In this document: positions 1 to 12,974 of the stretch, piece after piece
Layout of the letters: each line of letters starts with the position of its first letter
Numbering within the stretch: the first letter of the stretch is position 1
Source of the DNA: Paragordius varius
Taxonomy: Eukaryota > Animalia > Nematomorpha
Assembly: GCA_964247055.1 (NCBI GenBank)
Contig: OZ176050.1
Span: forward strand, 4,588,001 to 4,652,000
Direction of reading: 5' to 3'
Length of the DNA stretch: 64,000 nt
Notes under the pieces: generated by a model
Databases searched by the model: none
What the model was told of the DNA's origin: nothing
Seen by the model: the letters and a program-made list of their open reading frames with translations, nothing else
Translations under genes and position numbers: made by a program

Positions 1-41
1 AAATGTAAAAAATCAACTCTAACTTTTTGGTCGCCAATTAA

Positions 42-1168
42 CATTTTGAGTCAAATCGGGGTTTCCATATACCCCAGACAATATTTTAGTTGATATTTTT
101 ATAAAACTACTGAAAGAAACGGTCCCAATTTAAATTTAAGCCTCTTATATAAACCAAAATATCTAAATTAAATTTAGTTTTAGAAAATCTGTATCACACT
201 ACTTGAGGGCCATTTTTATTTTACAAATATTATGCAAAATATCGTGTTTATTTGGTTTTAAGCCTAAAATATAGTTTACTTTATTATTAAAATCACATTT
301 AACACTTGGATACAACACATTCATTTTTGTCCTTCGATCCAAATTGAAGTAGTTAAATACCCCAGGCCCGTTAAAAATTAAATTCTTTATATATATGATG
401 GGAATTGAAACCATGGCAAAATTTTGCACTTATACAACATTAATAAACCGAAATACATAAAATAGTTTTATTCAAAAATGCTTGATATTACATATTTTAA
501 GCTAAAACCGAAAGGTAAAAATTTAGTCAACGTGACCTGTTTGCAAAAATAAAATCAAAAAATAATACATAAATCGCTTTTTCTACTTCTATCAATGTTA
601 GATGTAATTTAAATAAAAAATCAGCTTTAATTTTAGGATTAAATATAGACTAAGATTTGCAAAAATTTTGTAAAATAAAAATGGCGTCGAAGTAGCTTGA
701 CATGGAACTTTTTTTTCAAAACAAAAATATATTTAGATATTTTGACATATTTATATAATTTTTATTAGGATAGAAGCATAAATTTAAATTGAAACCGTTT
801 CCTTCAGTAGTTTTTTTAAAAATCCCAACTCAAATTTAGTCTGGGGTATTAAGATACCCATTTGAATCGAAGTGTTAACATTGATATAAAAAGAAAAAGT
901 GCATTTAATATTAATTTTAAATTTAGCTTATGCACGCATGTGATGTTGGCTAAATTTTTACCTTTGGGTTTTACCTCTGAATAAATAATATCAATTATTT
1001 TTGTAGGAATTTTTTTATATTTCGGTTTATTAACGTTATATAAGTGCAAACCTTTGCTGTTCTAATTTATCCCATATTTTTTGAAATATTTAATTTTTAT
1101 TAAACCCGGGGTCTCTAACTACCCAAATTTGAATCGAAGAGCTTAAATTAATGTGTTGTATCCAAGTG
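42..1168 (-). mobile_element. Older piggyBac-type TTAA MITE copy (reverse orientation), interrupted by a younger copy of the same family
   Basis: TTAA at 38-41 followed by a degenerate end (CATTTTGAGTCAAATCGGGG vs family CACTTCGATTCAAATTGGGG); other end GTGTTGTATCCAAGTG at ~1153-1168. Segments 42-298 and 879-1168 join into the reverse complement of the 303-874 element. Confidence 0.75.
303..874 (+). mobile_element. piggyBac-type non-autonomous element (MITE), ~570 bp
   Basis: TTAA|CACTTGGATACAAC ... TTTGAATCGAAGTG|TTAA, with TTAA at 299-302 and 875-878. Imperfect TIRs begin CACTT; subterminal GGGGTA..TACCCC palindromes at both ends. Close copies at 44992-45561 and 54141-54718. Confidence 0.85.
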
Positions 1169-1651
1169 TTATTATAATATAATACCTAATAGAATGGTAA
1201 ATGTTTTTTTGGTTATATAAATAACCTTGGCAGGCATTCAAATGACAATACCACCAAATATTGATATTTGGATTTGTCTGCTTTATCTTGTGGAGCTAAT
1301 TCCAAATTCGGGCAAAAGAAGTTAAGAAATTTTTTTTATTTTATTTATCTCATACAATAGAAGAGGGTTTGATAAATAATCAATACAAAACTTTTAAAAC
1401 AGTAGTTTCATCTTTGAGTAATACTACCCAAAATATCATCGCGCACATAAAAATAGTAAGGTTTAAAGTAAGACTAATAAAATTATTATTTTTAAATAAA
1501 TTTATAATAATATTTCCCCAAAAAAATTTTTAATACAGGTATTAATAAATAAAACATTTGTTTTACATTTTTACTTATCTGAGTTGTGTGCTCATATGAG
1601 TTGTGTAATAATTGCGGTATTTTTGATGTTATTAATCAACACGATGGATTA

Positions 1652-1719
1652 TTCATATTAGACGTGGGTCTGCTACACCGTTTTCTTGATACACCTTACA
1701 TCTCGATTTTATTAAAAAG
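1652..1719 (+). other. Possible 5' UTR exon of the beta-arrestin gene
   Basis: Strong donor AAAAG|GTAAGT at 1720 and a TAG acceptor at 2796-2798, six nt upstream of the arrestin ATG. The left boundary (TAG at 1649-1651) is a guess. Confidence 0.3.
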
Positions 1720-2804
1720 GTAAGTTTTTAATACTATAAATTTGGTACTTTATAGGTCTATTATTTCTGTAAGTTGAAAAATATTTTTTACCAATAGTAT
1801 AATCTAATTAACATTTTTAACAATTAATATTATTTAATCCTATTACTCTTGATTTGCTTGTATGATAAAGAACAATCTTTGAATATTATCCTTTTCACTA
1901 TATTAAAATTTATATATTGAAAATATTTTATTCAATCACTTTTACTGGTAAAACGAATTTAATGTCTCGTAATTGGTTTGCTAGTGAAAGTATAGACCTA
2001 TTATATTGCAATTATCTCCTTCATAAATGTTATTAAAGTTTTGTTGTGCAATTATATTTTTTTTATTAATAAATATTTATGAATACGGATGATAAAGGAG
2101 TAATTTTTGGCTTTCCCCACGAGAAATATCTTATATATCATACCACATATCTAAAAATTTTCCCTAATACATATTTAATCAATGACAAAAAATGATAATA
2201 TTGATTTAATTTATATTTTTCCCATCTTGATTTTTTTCTTTCATAAAAAATTCCGATAATACATCTAAAATCATTAATAATCTCATAATAAAAATGACAT
2301 GACATTTAATAGGTTTTTAAACGGTTTTGTTCTATCTGGGATATACCTGGACAAAAATAATATATATAAATATATAATAAATTTGATCTACTAATATGGT
2401 AAATGATTTATAACCATCATTATTTTTGATAACATTTTTCAAAGTCAAATGAAATAAGATTATGACTTATTTTTTGAGATAAGTGCTTTATTTAATTCGA
2501 AATAACTCTTATTCATCCGGCTGCTCAATTCATCCACTGAATATTTTTTAACTTTATTTCATTTGATTTCTGGATTATGTATCCATATTCCTATTTCTGA
2601 GAGCTAAAAATTTTGCTAATTAAACTTTTAATACTATCCAATTTTTGTGGCATCATTACTTACACATAACAATTCCCTAAGTTTTTTTTGATTCATAACA
2701 ATGTATTGTTTTGTATTCATATCAAATTATTATCAATTATTCAAACAAATTATCCAAAAACACCAAAATTTATTTCCAAATTTTTTTATTCCTTATAGAT
2801 AAAA

Positions 2805-5800
2805 ATGTACCAAGCTGTTCACACCAACCCTTCTGGGGTACCTATGACCCCTACTGGCGACACGCAATCTCTCATGCTTTCATCATCTGGTCGATCAAAT
2901 AATCGTCTGGCAAATAAAAAAATGAATAATGGCAAGAAAACCTCTTCAGGAAATCGAAATACCGACAAAGACTTTGCATCTAAAAAACCGGAAAACTTTA
3001 TTGTCCAACAACATAATATTCCCTCCGGGACACGGTAAATATTATTTATAAATTTGTATATTATGGTTAATTTAATTATTGGAAATTTTTTACGTTTACT
3101 CTTTGATTCCTCCATGTCAATTGAATCTAACCCTTTTTTAAATAGCCAAAAAATCGTGTTTAAAACAAATAATTTCATTTGATTTTCTATATTTTATATA
3201 ATATATTTTAAGATTTGACATTTTTTAGAATATGCGAATCAATAATTTATAAAATGTTTAGGGATTAGTTTATAATATTTAAGGGTGGGGTGAATAAATG
3301 ATCAAATAGAATTTTAATATGTTTAAGGGTGAAATTCAAGTTTTCATAGGATAAATTCAATATCGAAATAATATAATATATTTAACTGAAAATAAAGTAG
3401 TTAAAACTTAACCCATAAATTAAACTTAGTAGGGGTTTACACGATCTTTTTATATTTACCAGATATTGGTGTTAAAGAATAAATTGATACATTCAAACTA
3501 TTTCTAAACCATAACCAGTTTTACTTTTTTTATAGTGGATCGAAAATCACAAATGAGTGCTTTCAGTTAAAACTTGTTTGTTTTACCACACATTAATTTG
3601 CATCACAAGGGTTAACTTGGTTTTTCGGGTCCTTTTTAGTGAGGCCCAACCATTATGTATGCAATATTGCCATGTCACACTTTGTATAACCTAAAAAATA
3701 TCCATAACGTTTAAATAGCGTTTTTTACCAAATTTTATAAAGAAAAATTAATTATAACGAGGCGATATGGTTAAAGAAATGCATCAATCAGATTCATATC
3801 TTTTAAAACTAACCTTAACTCTTGCTTTATGTGTCCATGAAATGAATGTTTAACAGCTATAACTAATTAAATTGAGCATATCATTGACCATTTAAACAAA
3901 TATTACATGATTGATTGGTTGATCGTTAATTAGTAAAAAGCAAACATTTATTTTATTTTATAATTTCAAATGCCGTTATACTTAATATTAACCAGGTATT
4001 CTACATTCTTTATTTTACTTTTTTGTGTCATAAAATGTATATTCATTTTCGATATCATTGTATTTTTTGTAGAGTATTCAAGAAATCAAGCCCAAACGAT
4101 AAGGTATTATTTATTTTTTTTATTCTTAATGTAAAATTTTATCGCTATTCAAATTGAATAATAATTATTTTATTTTATTTTTGTTATTGAATGGTTATAT
4201 AATGATTGATTGATTGATAAAAAAATTATACACATATTATATAATAAGCCTTTGTAAAAAATTTTTTGTTTAAGATTACCGTTTATTTGGGGAAACGAGA
4301 TTTCGTAGATCACATAACTCACACTGATCCCATCGATGGAGTCATCCTGGTCGATCCAGAGTTTGTTAAAGGTGATATATTTTAAAAAAGTTATTATGCC
4401 ATATTTATTGTAATCCCTTTACCTTTTATCCTATATAAACCAGGTATGTCCAACAGGTGGTTCCGAAGCCACTTGTGGATATTTAAAATCTTTGAGAGGT
4501 GATGTAAAATTCTTAAATTTTTCTTGAAAAGTAAAAATTTTAAATTGATTGGTTTGTATAAAAATTTTTTATAATTATATTTTTTATCCATTCATTTAAT
4601 CATTTATTTTCTTTACAATCTGAAAATCTTTATAATGCTTGCCACAGGTAATTTTTGGTGATTGTTTAGTGAAAGAGCCATATTTTTGAAAACCACAATC
4701 CTATTTTTAATATAGCAAAACCCATATTATTAAATTTAAAAAATTACGTATTCGAAAATATTTACAATTGGTAAACTTTTTTAACAATTTGTTAGTTTTT
4801 TAGATATCTTGGGGAGTTATGATCATATTGTTTTTTGAAACTTAATTTCTTAATTTATATCGATACATTAGTGCAGTATGAATTTACACAAAATTGTAAT
4901 ATTAAACCCATGTGCCTTATTTCTAAACTAACAATGAGTGCGTTTCAAGAGTCTATAAAAAGACACACTAATACCGTGCATCTGGATTTTATTAATAGAC
5001 TACATAAAACACTGAAAAATCAGTAAAAAAATTTTCAACCAACAATTTCATTTACACAACCTTATCAGATAGTAATGGCAAGTTATATTGTTGCAAATAT
5101 AATCCCAAAAAATGAAACCTTATTCAAATAGTGAATTTGTTAAGGTATGCCAGCAGGAAATTGTAAAATGCCGTTTTACCTAATAAAATTGATTTAATAA
5201 ATAGTATATGTCTTTCGCGACCTATACTATATGTCGACGAATTAAAGAATGTTATCTAGGTGAAACAAGCAATCCATTGTTAATATTGATCTTTATTAAG
5301 ACGTCGGATTTCATTTTAATATAATTATAAAAGCTCGGTAGCCATACATATATTTTTAATATATTTAATAATTGCATGCTAAACACAGTTACGCAGGAGT
5401 TTAAATGGGGTAAGTTTAAGCTGTCTACTGTGAAATTCATCAATATCTCGAAAAGAATCTATTCTGATATATTCTATGTTTGTGCTTTCATCAATGGCAG
5501 ATATATTTAAAAAATTAAGTTTTAATTTGTCCATGGATTTCATCAAATTTTTTGTTTTTACGCATATTAGTACAATTTAACAGCAAATTTAGTAATATTA
5601 TAATATTTTTACTAGTTATTTTGTTTTTTATATGAAAATAAAACATTCATATATATGGTTACATAATAAATTTATTTGAGACTTATGTCTTGATATATAT
5701 TATATGTGGCACTTTGGATTTTTGAGGTCGAAAATGTGGTTTTTCAGGCCATCGAAGGAATAAACCATTTTAAATTCGAAAATTCCCATATTATTTTTTT

Positions 5801-6071
5801 ATATACGCAAATAAAATTTTGGCCTCTTTAATCTATTATCTTAAATCTTGACGATTGTGTTTGGGTGTCCAATTATCAGCTTTTTTTGTCTCATGAATAT
5901 TTATAATATATTACGTACAAAACATCTTGCCTTTTATATTCCATTTCATAATATGGTAAGGGGAATGTTTTTTTTGTCGTATTTGGAATTCTTTCCTTAT
6001 TCGTAATAATAATTTGTTTTCTTTGTTTTGGTCTTTTTTAAGTTGTTACGTTTACGCTGTAATTTTTTGTT

Positions 6072-6122
<51 letters not shown>

Positions 6123-6911
6123 AAAAGTATTGATCCATTTTGTGGAAATAATTCGTACTTTAGATTTTTTTATTGGTAGTGCTGCTACAAAAAAAATTTA
6201 ATTTAAATTCTTTTATTGCAATTATTTGTGTTCTTTACTCCTTTTTTTCTTGTGGTCTTTAATATGATAAAATCCACACATTTTTAATCCTATTAACGAA
6301 ATTGGATTAATCATTTGATATATATATATATATTGATAAAAATATTAATTTTTTTTGTTAAAAAAAGTTTTTGGTAACATATTTAGGTGAATATAAAGTG
6401 TGGGGTTCTTTGTTAGCCGCTTTCCGATATGGGCGCGAAGATTTGGACGTTCTTGGCTTAACATTCCGTAAAGATCTCTACTTAGCCGTTGCTCAGGTTA
6501 TTTTTTTAGATCAATAACTGTTTTTTTTTTGTTTATAGAAAAATTTTTTAATATAAAATGATAGTTTTTGCTTTTAGGAAAATTTTTATACCTTTTTAAT
6601 GGTTAAATAGCATATATTATTATTATGATCCAAGTTACCGAATAAAAAAATCCGATTGCTCAGGATAGGTAGGAATGCTAGTTTAAATTTAAGGGAGAGC
6701 ATTAAAATTATTTGCGATGCCGTAAAAAGTTTTTAAATACCTCGAAGCATTTATATATCCACTAAATGGATTAAGTAAAAATTATTTTTAGTTTTAATAC
6801 ATTTCTATGGTTATGGTAAAAAATTATATTTATTGAATACCCCGCTGAAAATTTATAATTTCCTTCTATTTTCTTTAACGTGTCCAAAACGAAGTTTATC
6901 TATTGATTATA

Positions 6912-6945
<34 letters not shown>

Positions 6946-9900
6946 TAGATTTATCCACCCATAAAAACTTTTGATCCAAAAAATTTGACCAAACTGCAAG
7001 AACGGCTACTGAAGAAACTTGGACCTAATGCTTATCCATTTGTGTTTGAGGTAAATATGAAATTTTTAAATCTAAAATGGTTATGCAAAAATATATCACT
7101 TACAGCTCAAAAAACCCTTAAACAATTCAAATTTACCCTCGAACAATTCCTTTGAACAATTCAAATTCACTCTAAAAATAAATTTTTTCTGGCTAATATA
7201 ACTCATTATTAATATGAAATATATCTTTATGGCTTAGTTCATTACTTTTCAGTATTATTTTATAGACAATATTTCATATTTTCAAATATAAAAAAATATA
7301 GGCAATTTTTAATCCTAAATAACAAATAAATTATTTTAGGGTGAATTTGAGTTGGTCAAGGGTGTATTTGAACTGTAAATGGTATTTTTATATAATAATG
7401 ATTTGATTAGGTTATTAAATGGCATTCATTAAAAATTATTACAATAGATATTATTAAACTAAATTTTGTATTGTTATTTTCTTTTATATTATCTAATTTT
7501 GGCTTCAAACTTATAATCTGCATAATTTACATTTTTATTAGTTATTTTTCGTGTTTTTAATTAAAATTAGAATTTTTAATCTCAAAAGATTAGAATATTA
7601 ATTTATATTACAAGCAAATTTTTATAACTAAGGGATTTTGTCAAATAATAATTCTTCTATTCTAATGATAAAGATATCCCGTTATCAGTGAGTGTTAGCT
7701 TTTTTAATTATAAATTAATTTTTGCCAAGTCATTGCCTTCATTTAATATATCTAAAAGTTAATGATACATATATATAAATTTTATTGTAAAAAATATTTT
7801 TCAAGGACATGATATTTTCTAAAATTTATAATATGTTAGATTTTTGATTGTTCATATCTTTATAGAAGTTTTATAATATATGGTATTTTAAGAATAATAG
7901 TTTTACGAGCATTAAAACACCCCATTTGTTTTTTTTTCGAAATACTATACTAAGAAAAACATGTCCCCTGAGACTTTTAATATACATTACAACCAATATC
8001 TTGGAAAAATTTGTTAACCATTTTCATCTAAATGTTAATATAAATTTGATCAATATATTAATAAATTTATAATCTTATGTTAAAATCATACAGACAAAAC
8101 GTGAAAATTCAAGACAAATATTTTTTAAAAGTTTTAAACCTTGATATTTCCAATATAAACTATGTAATTAGAACTATTTAAAATAAACGGTTTAAAAATA
8201 TGGTTGTTTTTTTTTTTGAAAATGAATTTGCATTTTCTACGTTTTTCTTTGTATAATTTCAATATTTATTGCAAAATATAAATATGCGTGCCTAATTTTA
8301 ACGTTAGATCCCTTCTTTGGCTCCGGCTTCTGTAATCCTTCAACCAGCCCCCAATGATACAGGCAAACCTTGTGGGGTGGATTATGAGCTAAAATGTTTC
8401 GTTGCTCCAAGCTTGGAGGAAAAACCAGTAAAAAGGTTCATTGCGCCGCTAAATATTATTATTATTATGGTTTTATACTTTTATTTTTAGGATCTTGGAT
8501 ATTTATAATTTTTGGCAGGTGTTATGGGTCATCCAGTTAATACAAAATTAAAATTAGGGTTTAAATTTCATGTCCCATTATATATCAACGGGTTATTAAC
8601 ATGCGTTAATTACATGAAGAAAAATATTACCATTTTCACAAATATCTAAGGTTTAAATGTTAGATACCCGTAATATTGTGGAAACCACATTATAGAAATT
8701 AGAATAAATACTATTCATTAGTTACATTTTTTATTTATTTTGACTCGCATTTACTATCATTTATTTGCAGTTTAAGGTGTTGCTATATATTTCCAATATA
8801 ATCTACCTTCTAAACAGGTCTACTATTCGATTAGCAATACGTAAGGTAATGTATGCACCAGATACACCATATTATACAAATCATCAACCACACACAGAAA
8901 TTACGAAAGAATTTCTTATGAGTCCTGGTCCGATATTGCTTGAGGTTTCATTAGATAAAAAGGTAAGTTATCATAAAAATGTCAATAATATGCAAAATGA
9001 GTTGTTTTCAATCATTTTTGTTAATTGTTTCTTATTATTATTATATTAGAAATATTATCATGGAGAAACGATAGCCGTAAATGTCCAAGTCTCGAACAAT
9101 AGTAATAAAACCATTAAAAAGATTCGCATATCTGGTAAAATTTTAACATATTTGTTTGTTAAATACTTTATTATCATTTTATTTCTATAATCTATATTTT
9201 ATTTAGTAAAACAGTATGCTGATATATGTCTATTCTCTACGGCTCAATACAAATGTTCGGTTGCTGAAATCGAAAGCGAGTTATTATACCTTTTTTAAAT
9301 TTTTATCTTGAATCAAAAATGTTTTGTAAAATATATATGGTGTGCTTTTAATGAGATTTGCCTTGATATTAATAATTTATACATTTTATTCATTGTAGCG
9401 ATGGCTTCCCTCTATTCCCATGTTGTAATTTATCCAAAGTATATTATCTAACACCCTTGCTTTCAAACAATCGAGACAAAAGAGGTCTAGCTCTTGATGG
9501 CAAATTAAAACACGAAGATACCAATCTCGCTTCATCCACCATGTAAAACTTTAAAATTAGATGCAGCATAATTTTTCATTTTACATACATACTAGTCGAT
9601 TTAATATAAATTGTAGTTAATTTTCTACGCGTTTTGATTCTTGTTATTTATAACAACAAACAAAAATCTAGTTAAAATTAGAATAAAGGCAAAACATACA
9701 AAGTACAAGGCTATTTCTTTTCGAAAGGAGAACAAATTTTAATATTCTTTTTTAAATAAAACTTAGTTTTGTTTTGCGAAATAATAAGAAATTTGTAATT
9801 TATTCTTGACAATTGTGATCATATAGACGGTTTAGGTAAAGAAATTAATCCTTTTCTTTATAGATTAGACTTTTATGATTATTTAAATCTTTTTACTGAA

Positions 9901-12186
9901 TTTTTTTACTTATGTTCAAAATTATTAGTGCAAATTTCACCAAATCTTTGAATGTATAATATAATTCATACAAAACCACCGTTAATTAGATTTAATTTGA
10001 TGGTATATAATAATAAACACAACAATACATATAATGATATGATGTTTTAGCTTTAAAGATGAACGCTTCCATTTCAAAGGAACGAATGCTATAAGCTCTT
10101 CATCATCCCATTATGGTAAAAACAGCGGCAATTCATCATACACCCCACTCAAAAATGGTTGTTCATCCAACAAAGGAAATGTCGAACCATATTACGAGGA
10201 CGATTTTGATGAAGATGGAAACGGGACCACTGGATGTATGGGGGGAACTAGCAGTGGAACCGGAATTTTTAGTCGAACGAAAGAACGTGAAAATTTGGGT
10301 ATAATTGTGAGGTGAGAGCCTATATTAATGAGTTTGAAATGACAACATGATTTTAGTTGATGTTTGTTTGCTGTGTTGTACATAAGTTTAATTCTTTTCA
10401 ATTAATTAACGGTTTTAACCAAATTGTTTGCTAAAAATAGGCCGGATACTCAACATAATCTATGAATGCGCTTGGAACAAGATTTTTTATTATATTTACT
10501 ATTTTCATAATATTATAGTCCAAACTATTTTTGGATAAACACGGGACTGCCTTTTACACAGTTTTTTTATTATATAACGTATAAATTTAATTTTAAAAAC
10601 GGGTTTTACATGTCTATTTAAATTATTTTTGTTTAGCTAATGTGTAAAATCAGTAGTCATATATGCGCAATTCACAAAGTAATGCTAAAAATGAGTCAAT
10701 ACACACAATAAAACTTCACTAAAGAGTGTGTTAATTTTCATTTTCTAAAAGCTGCAACAGTTGTATGTTTATACATCTATTTGTCTAACCAATATAGGTA
10801 CACAGTGAAAGTTCGATTGTTAGTTGCTTTTGGCCAAGATGTTTGTGCTGAAGTTGGTTTTATCCTTACACATCCTAAGCCGGTTGAAGAACCACTAGGG
10901 GAAGACTCTTTCGTAGAAACGGGGACTGAATTAGAGCCCGAAGAAGAATCAATTCCACAATCTGGATCAAAGAATAAACTTAGGGTATTTATAATTTTTT
11001 AAGTTTTTTATAAGTGGTATAATGTCATTTGTTGTGGGGTGGGGTAAATATATATAATATGTAGATATAAGCTGTGATTTGCTTTCTGCAGTTTATTTTT
11101 TATTAATCATTATTATTAAAAATATATAACCATGTATTATGAATCGGTTTTAAAGATATTTTAATTTTTATTTCACACTCTGTTTATAATACTAGAAGGA
11201 TAAAACAATGGGTTCTCAACAAGATTTGATTGATATTGCGGAAGATGAAAAACAGTAATATTGATGTTATATTAATAAAAAAATTGCTTTAATATTATTT
11301 TAAACATGAGTATATATATCTAGGAATTTTTTAATATCTTACTTGATGTATTCTTCACTATTATATGTAGCTCAAAAACAAATGTTTAACGTTTACTTTT
11401 TGGAAAAATTTGGTAATATCTTTTCATTTTAAAATGGTAATGGCATGACCGAAGATAAGTATAAGATTTCTTCATTTAGGGGATTATAGTACATCCACTT
11501 TAAATTTTTTTTATTTAATGAGATATGTATACACCTTTAGAGCAATTAATATAATGGAACAAAGCCGGCGTGATAACATTAAAAAGGGTACATCAATAGC
11601 TTCAAAACCGAATCCAACAATTACTTCAGTTCGTAAAAGTCCCCAAATGCCACCAACGCAAAACCGTTCTTCTCATGCTACTAATATGAATATTCAAATA
11701 CCTCCTACACCTCGTAACATACCAACAAAACAACAAATAAATATGACAGAACCAAATTTATTGCTTGATGAAGAGCATTCCAATGCAGATAACAACACAG
11801 AATTTGACAATATTTTGCATGGGGAACATGCTGATCATGAGGATGATGATATCGTATTTGAAGATTTTGCTCGCCTTCGTATCCAAAATGAAAATAATTT
11901 GGCTAACGATGAGTTTTTGGGCCCGCCTAAAACGCAAAAGAGTGCATCTTTTGTCGATATCTTACCTACTTCAAATAACACCCAACACGATGATCAATCA
12001 TCAAACAAGCGAATAGTTTCGAATGATGCCGTCAGGAAAAATACGCCTGTCATTGTACAAAAGCCATTATCAACACAGGCTGCAACAAAGAAGATTCCCT
12101 CCTCACATTTAAATATCATTGAAACGCGTAGACAAGGCACCCGAAATTCCCCACAACCCCAATATTACGGGGATGATAGTGATTAA
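2805..12186 (+). CDS. ARRB: Beta-arrestin (non-visual arrestin, Kurtz/ARRB-like), 14 coding exons, 765 aa
   Basis: Exons 2805-3034, 4073-4103, 4275-4371, 6387-6496, 6949-7050, 8308-8435, 8818-8962, 9050-9134, 9207-9279, 9399-9542, 10051-10311, 10798-10984, 11196-11254, 11541-12186; all GT-AG, phases compatible, total 2298 nt. Translation gives hallmark arrestin motifs [102 protein letters not shown] and [13 protein letters not shown]. Confidence 0.96.
4850..5750 (+). mobile_element. Old internally deleted and rearranged copy of the hAT family at 48349-51382, in arrestin intron 3
   Basis: 4900-5245 aligns by eye to transposase 49010-49385 (e.g. GATAGTAATGGCAAGTTATATTGTTGC, TCTTTCGCG..ATACTAT..GTCGACGAATT). 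5255-5520 is a reverse-complement piece of the catalytic core. 5530-5750 matches the 3' subterminal region (TTTTGAGGTCGAAAA.GTGG). Confidence 0.7.
6076..6119. repeat. (TA)n microsatellite
   Basis: About 22 uninterrupted TA units. Similar runs at ~29358-29388, 34105-34136, 36086-36117, 41958-41978 and 57817-57838. Confidence 0.95.
6913..6940 (+). repeat. (TG)14 microsatellite immediately upstream of the arrestin exon 5 acceptor
   Basis: TG x14 followed by TATGTTAG|exon at 6949. Confidence 0.95.
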
Positions 12187-12974
12187 TTATTAGGATTTAA
12201 ATACTCTCTACAAATATTGTTATATATTTTTTTGAAAATTATCCCCAAAAATGGACCACATATGTTTTTATTCATTACTACACACTGGCTTAAATGCAAA
12301 GAAAATATATTTTTACCACTTTATTTTTAAATAATTTATTCATAGTGTTTATCGTTTTATTTGTTTTGAATGTCATAACTAGATAAACTTAAAATGCCAA
12401 AAAAAGTTGAAAATGCTAAAAGTTTTCTATGGTTTATTTAGCCAAAGCAATCAGTTCCATATCCAAAAATAAGCATAATATTTTTAAAACTGTTTTATAA
12501 ATTTTCGATATTTTATTTTTTAAAACGTGTATTTTACATATAGTTATACACATAAAAAATAGTATTACGATTCATCCATAATTTTTGTCGAAATTTCATT
12601 CCAGCTGAATTATTTTCAATTTTTAATATATATGCGCATCTTTTTTACTATATTTAATTTATTAAGGTTTCTGACAGTTATATATTGAAATTTTTAATTT
12701 TATACTGTATCTATACTGATTTTAACCTTCATCACTCTCTAAAAAGTTAGATCATATATCAATTATGTCACTTACATTTTAATTAATTTATGTTGTGTCA
12801 ATGTCAATACTTTTTTATTTATTTATATTTACATCATGGAGTGATATACTTTATTCACATAACTCATTATACACAAATGATATACCATTTTCATTCAATA
12901 TTCATAAATATAAATTGAATTATCCTTTATTAATAATCAAACATTAAAGATTTGGAATGTTTGCGACTTTTTTT

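Noticed and set aside
676-690. AAAATGGCG (YY1/Pho-like) motif repeated across the window
   Set aside because: Nearly all instances are internal to repeat copies; no independent evidence of regulatory use.
2819-3178. 119-aa minus-strand ORF
   Set aside because: Antisense shadow of arrestin exon 1 running into AT-rich intron; no recognisable motif.
10113-10401. Two short ORFs (plus alternative frame and minus strand)
   Set aside because: Both overlap arrestin exon 11 in other frames.
11765-12016. 83-aa alternative-frame ORF
   Set aside because: Lies within the arrestin last exon, whose true frame carries [13 protein letters not shown].
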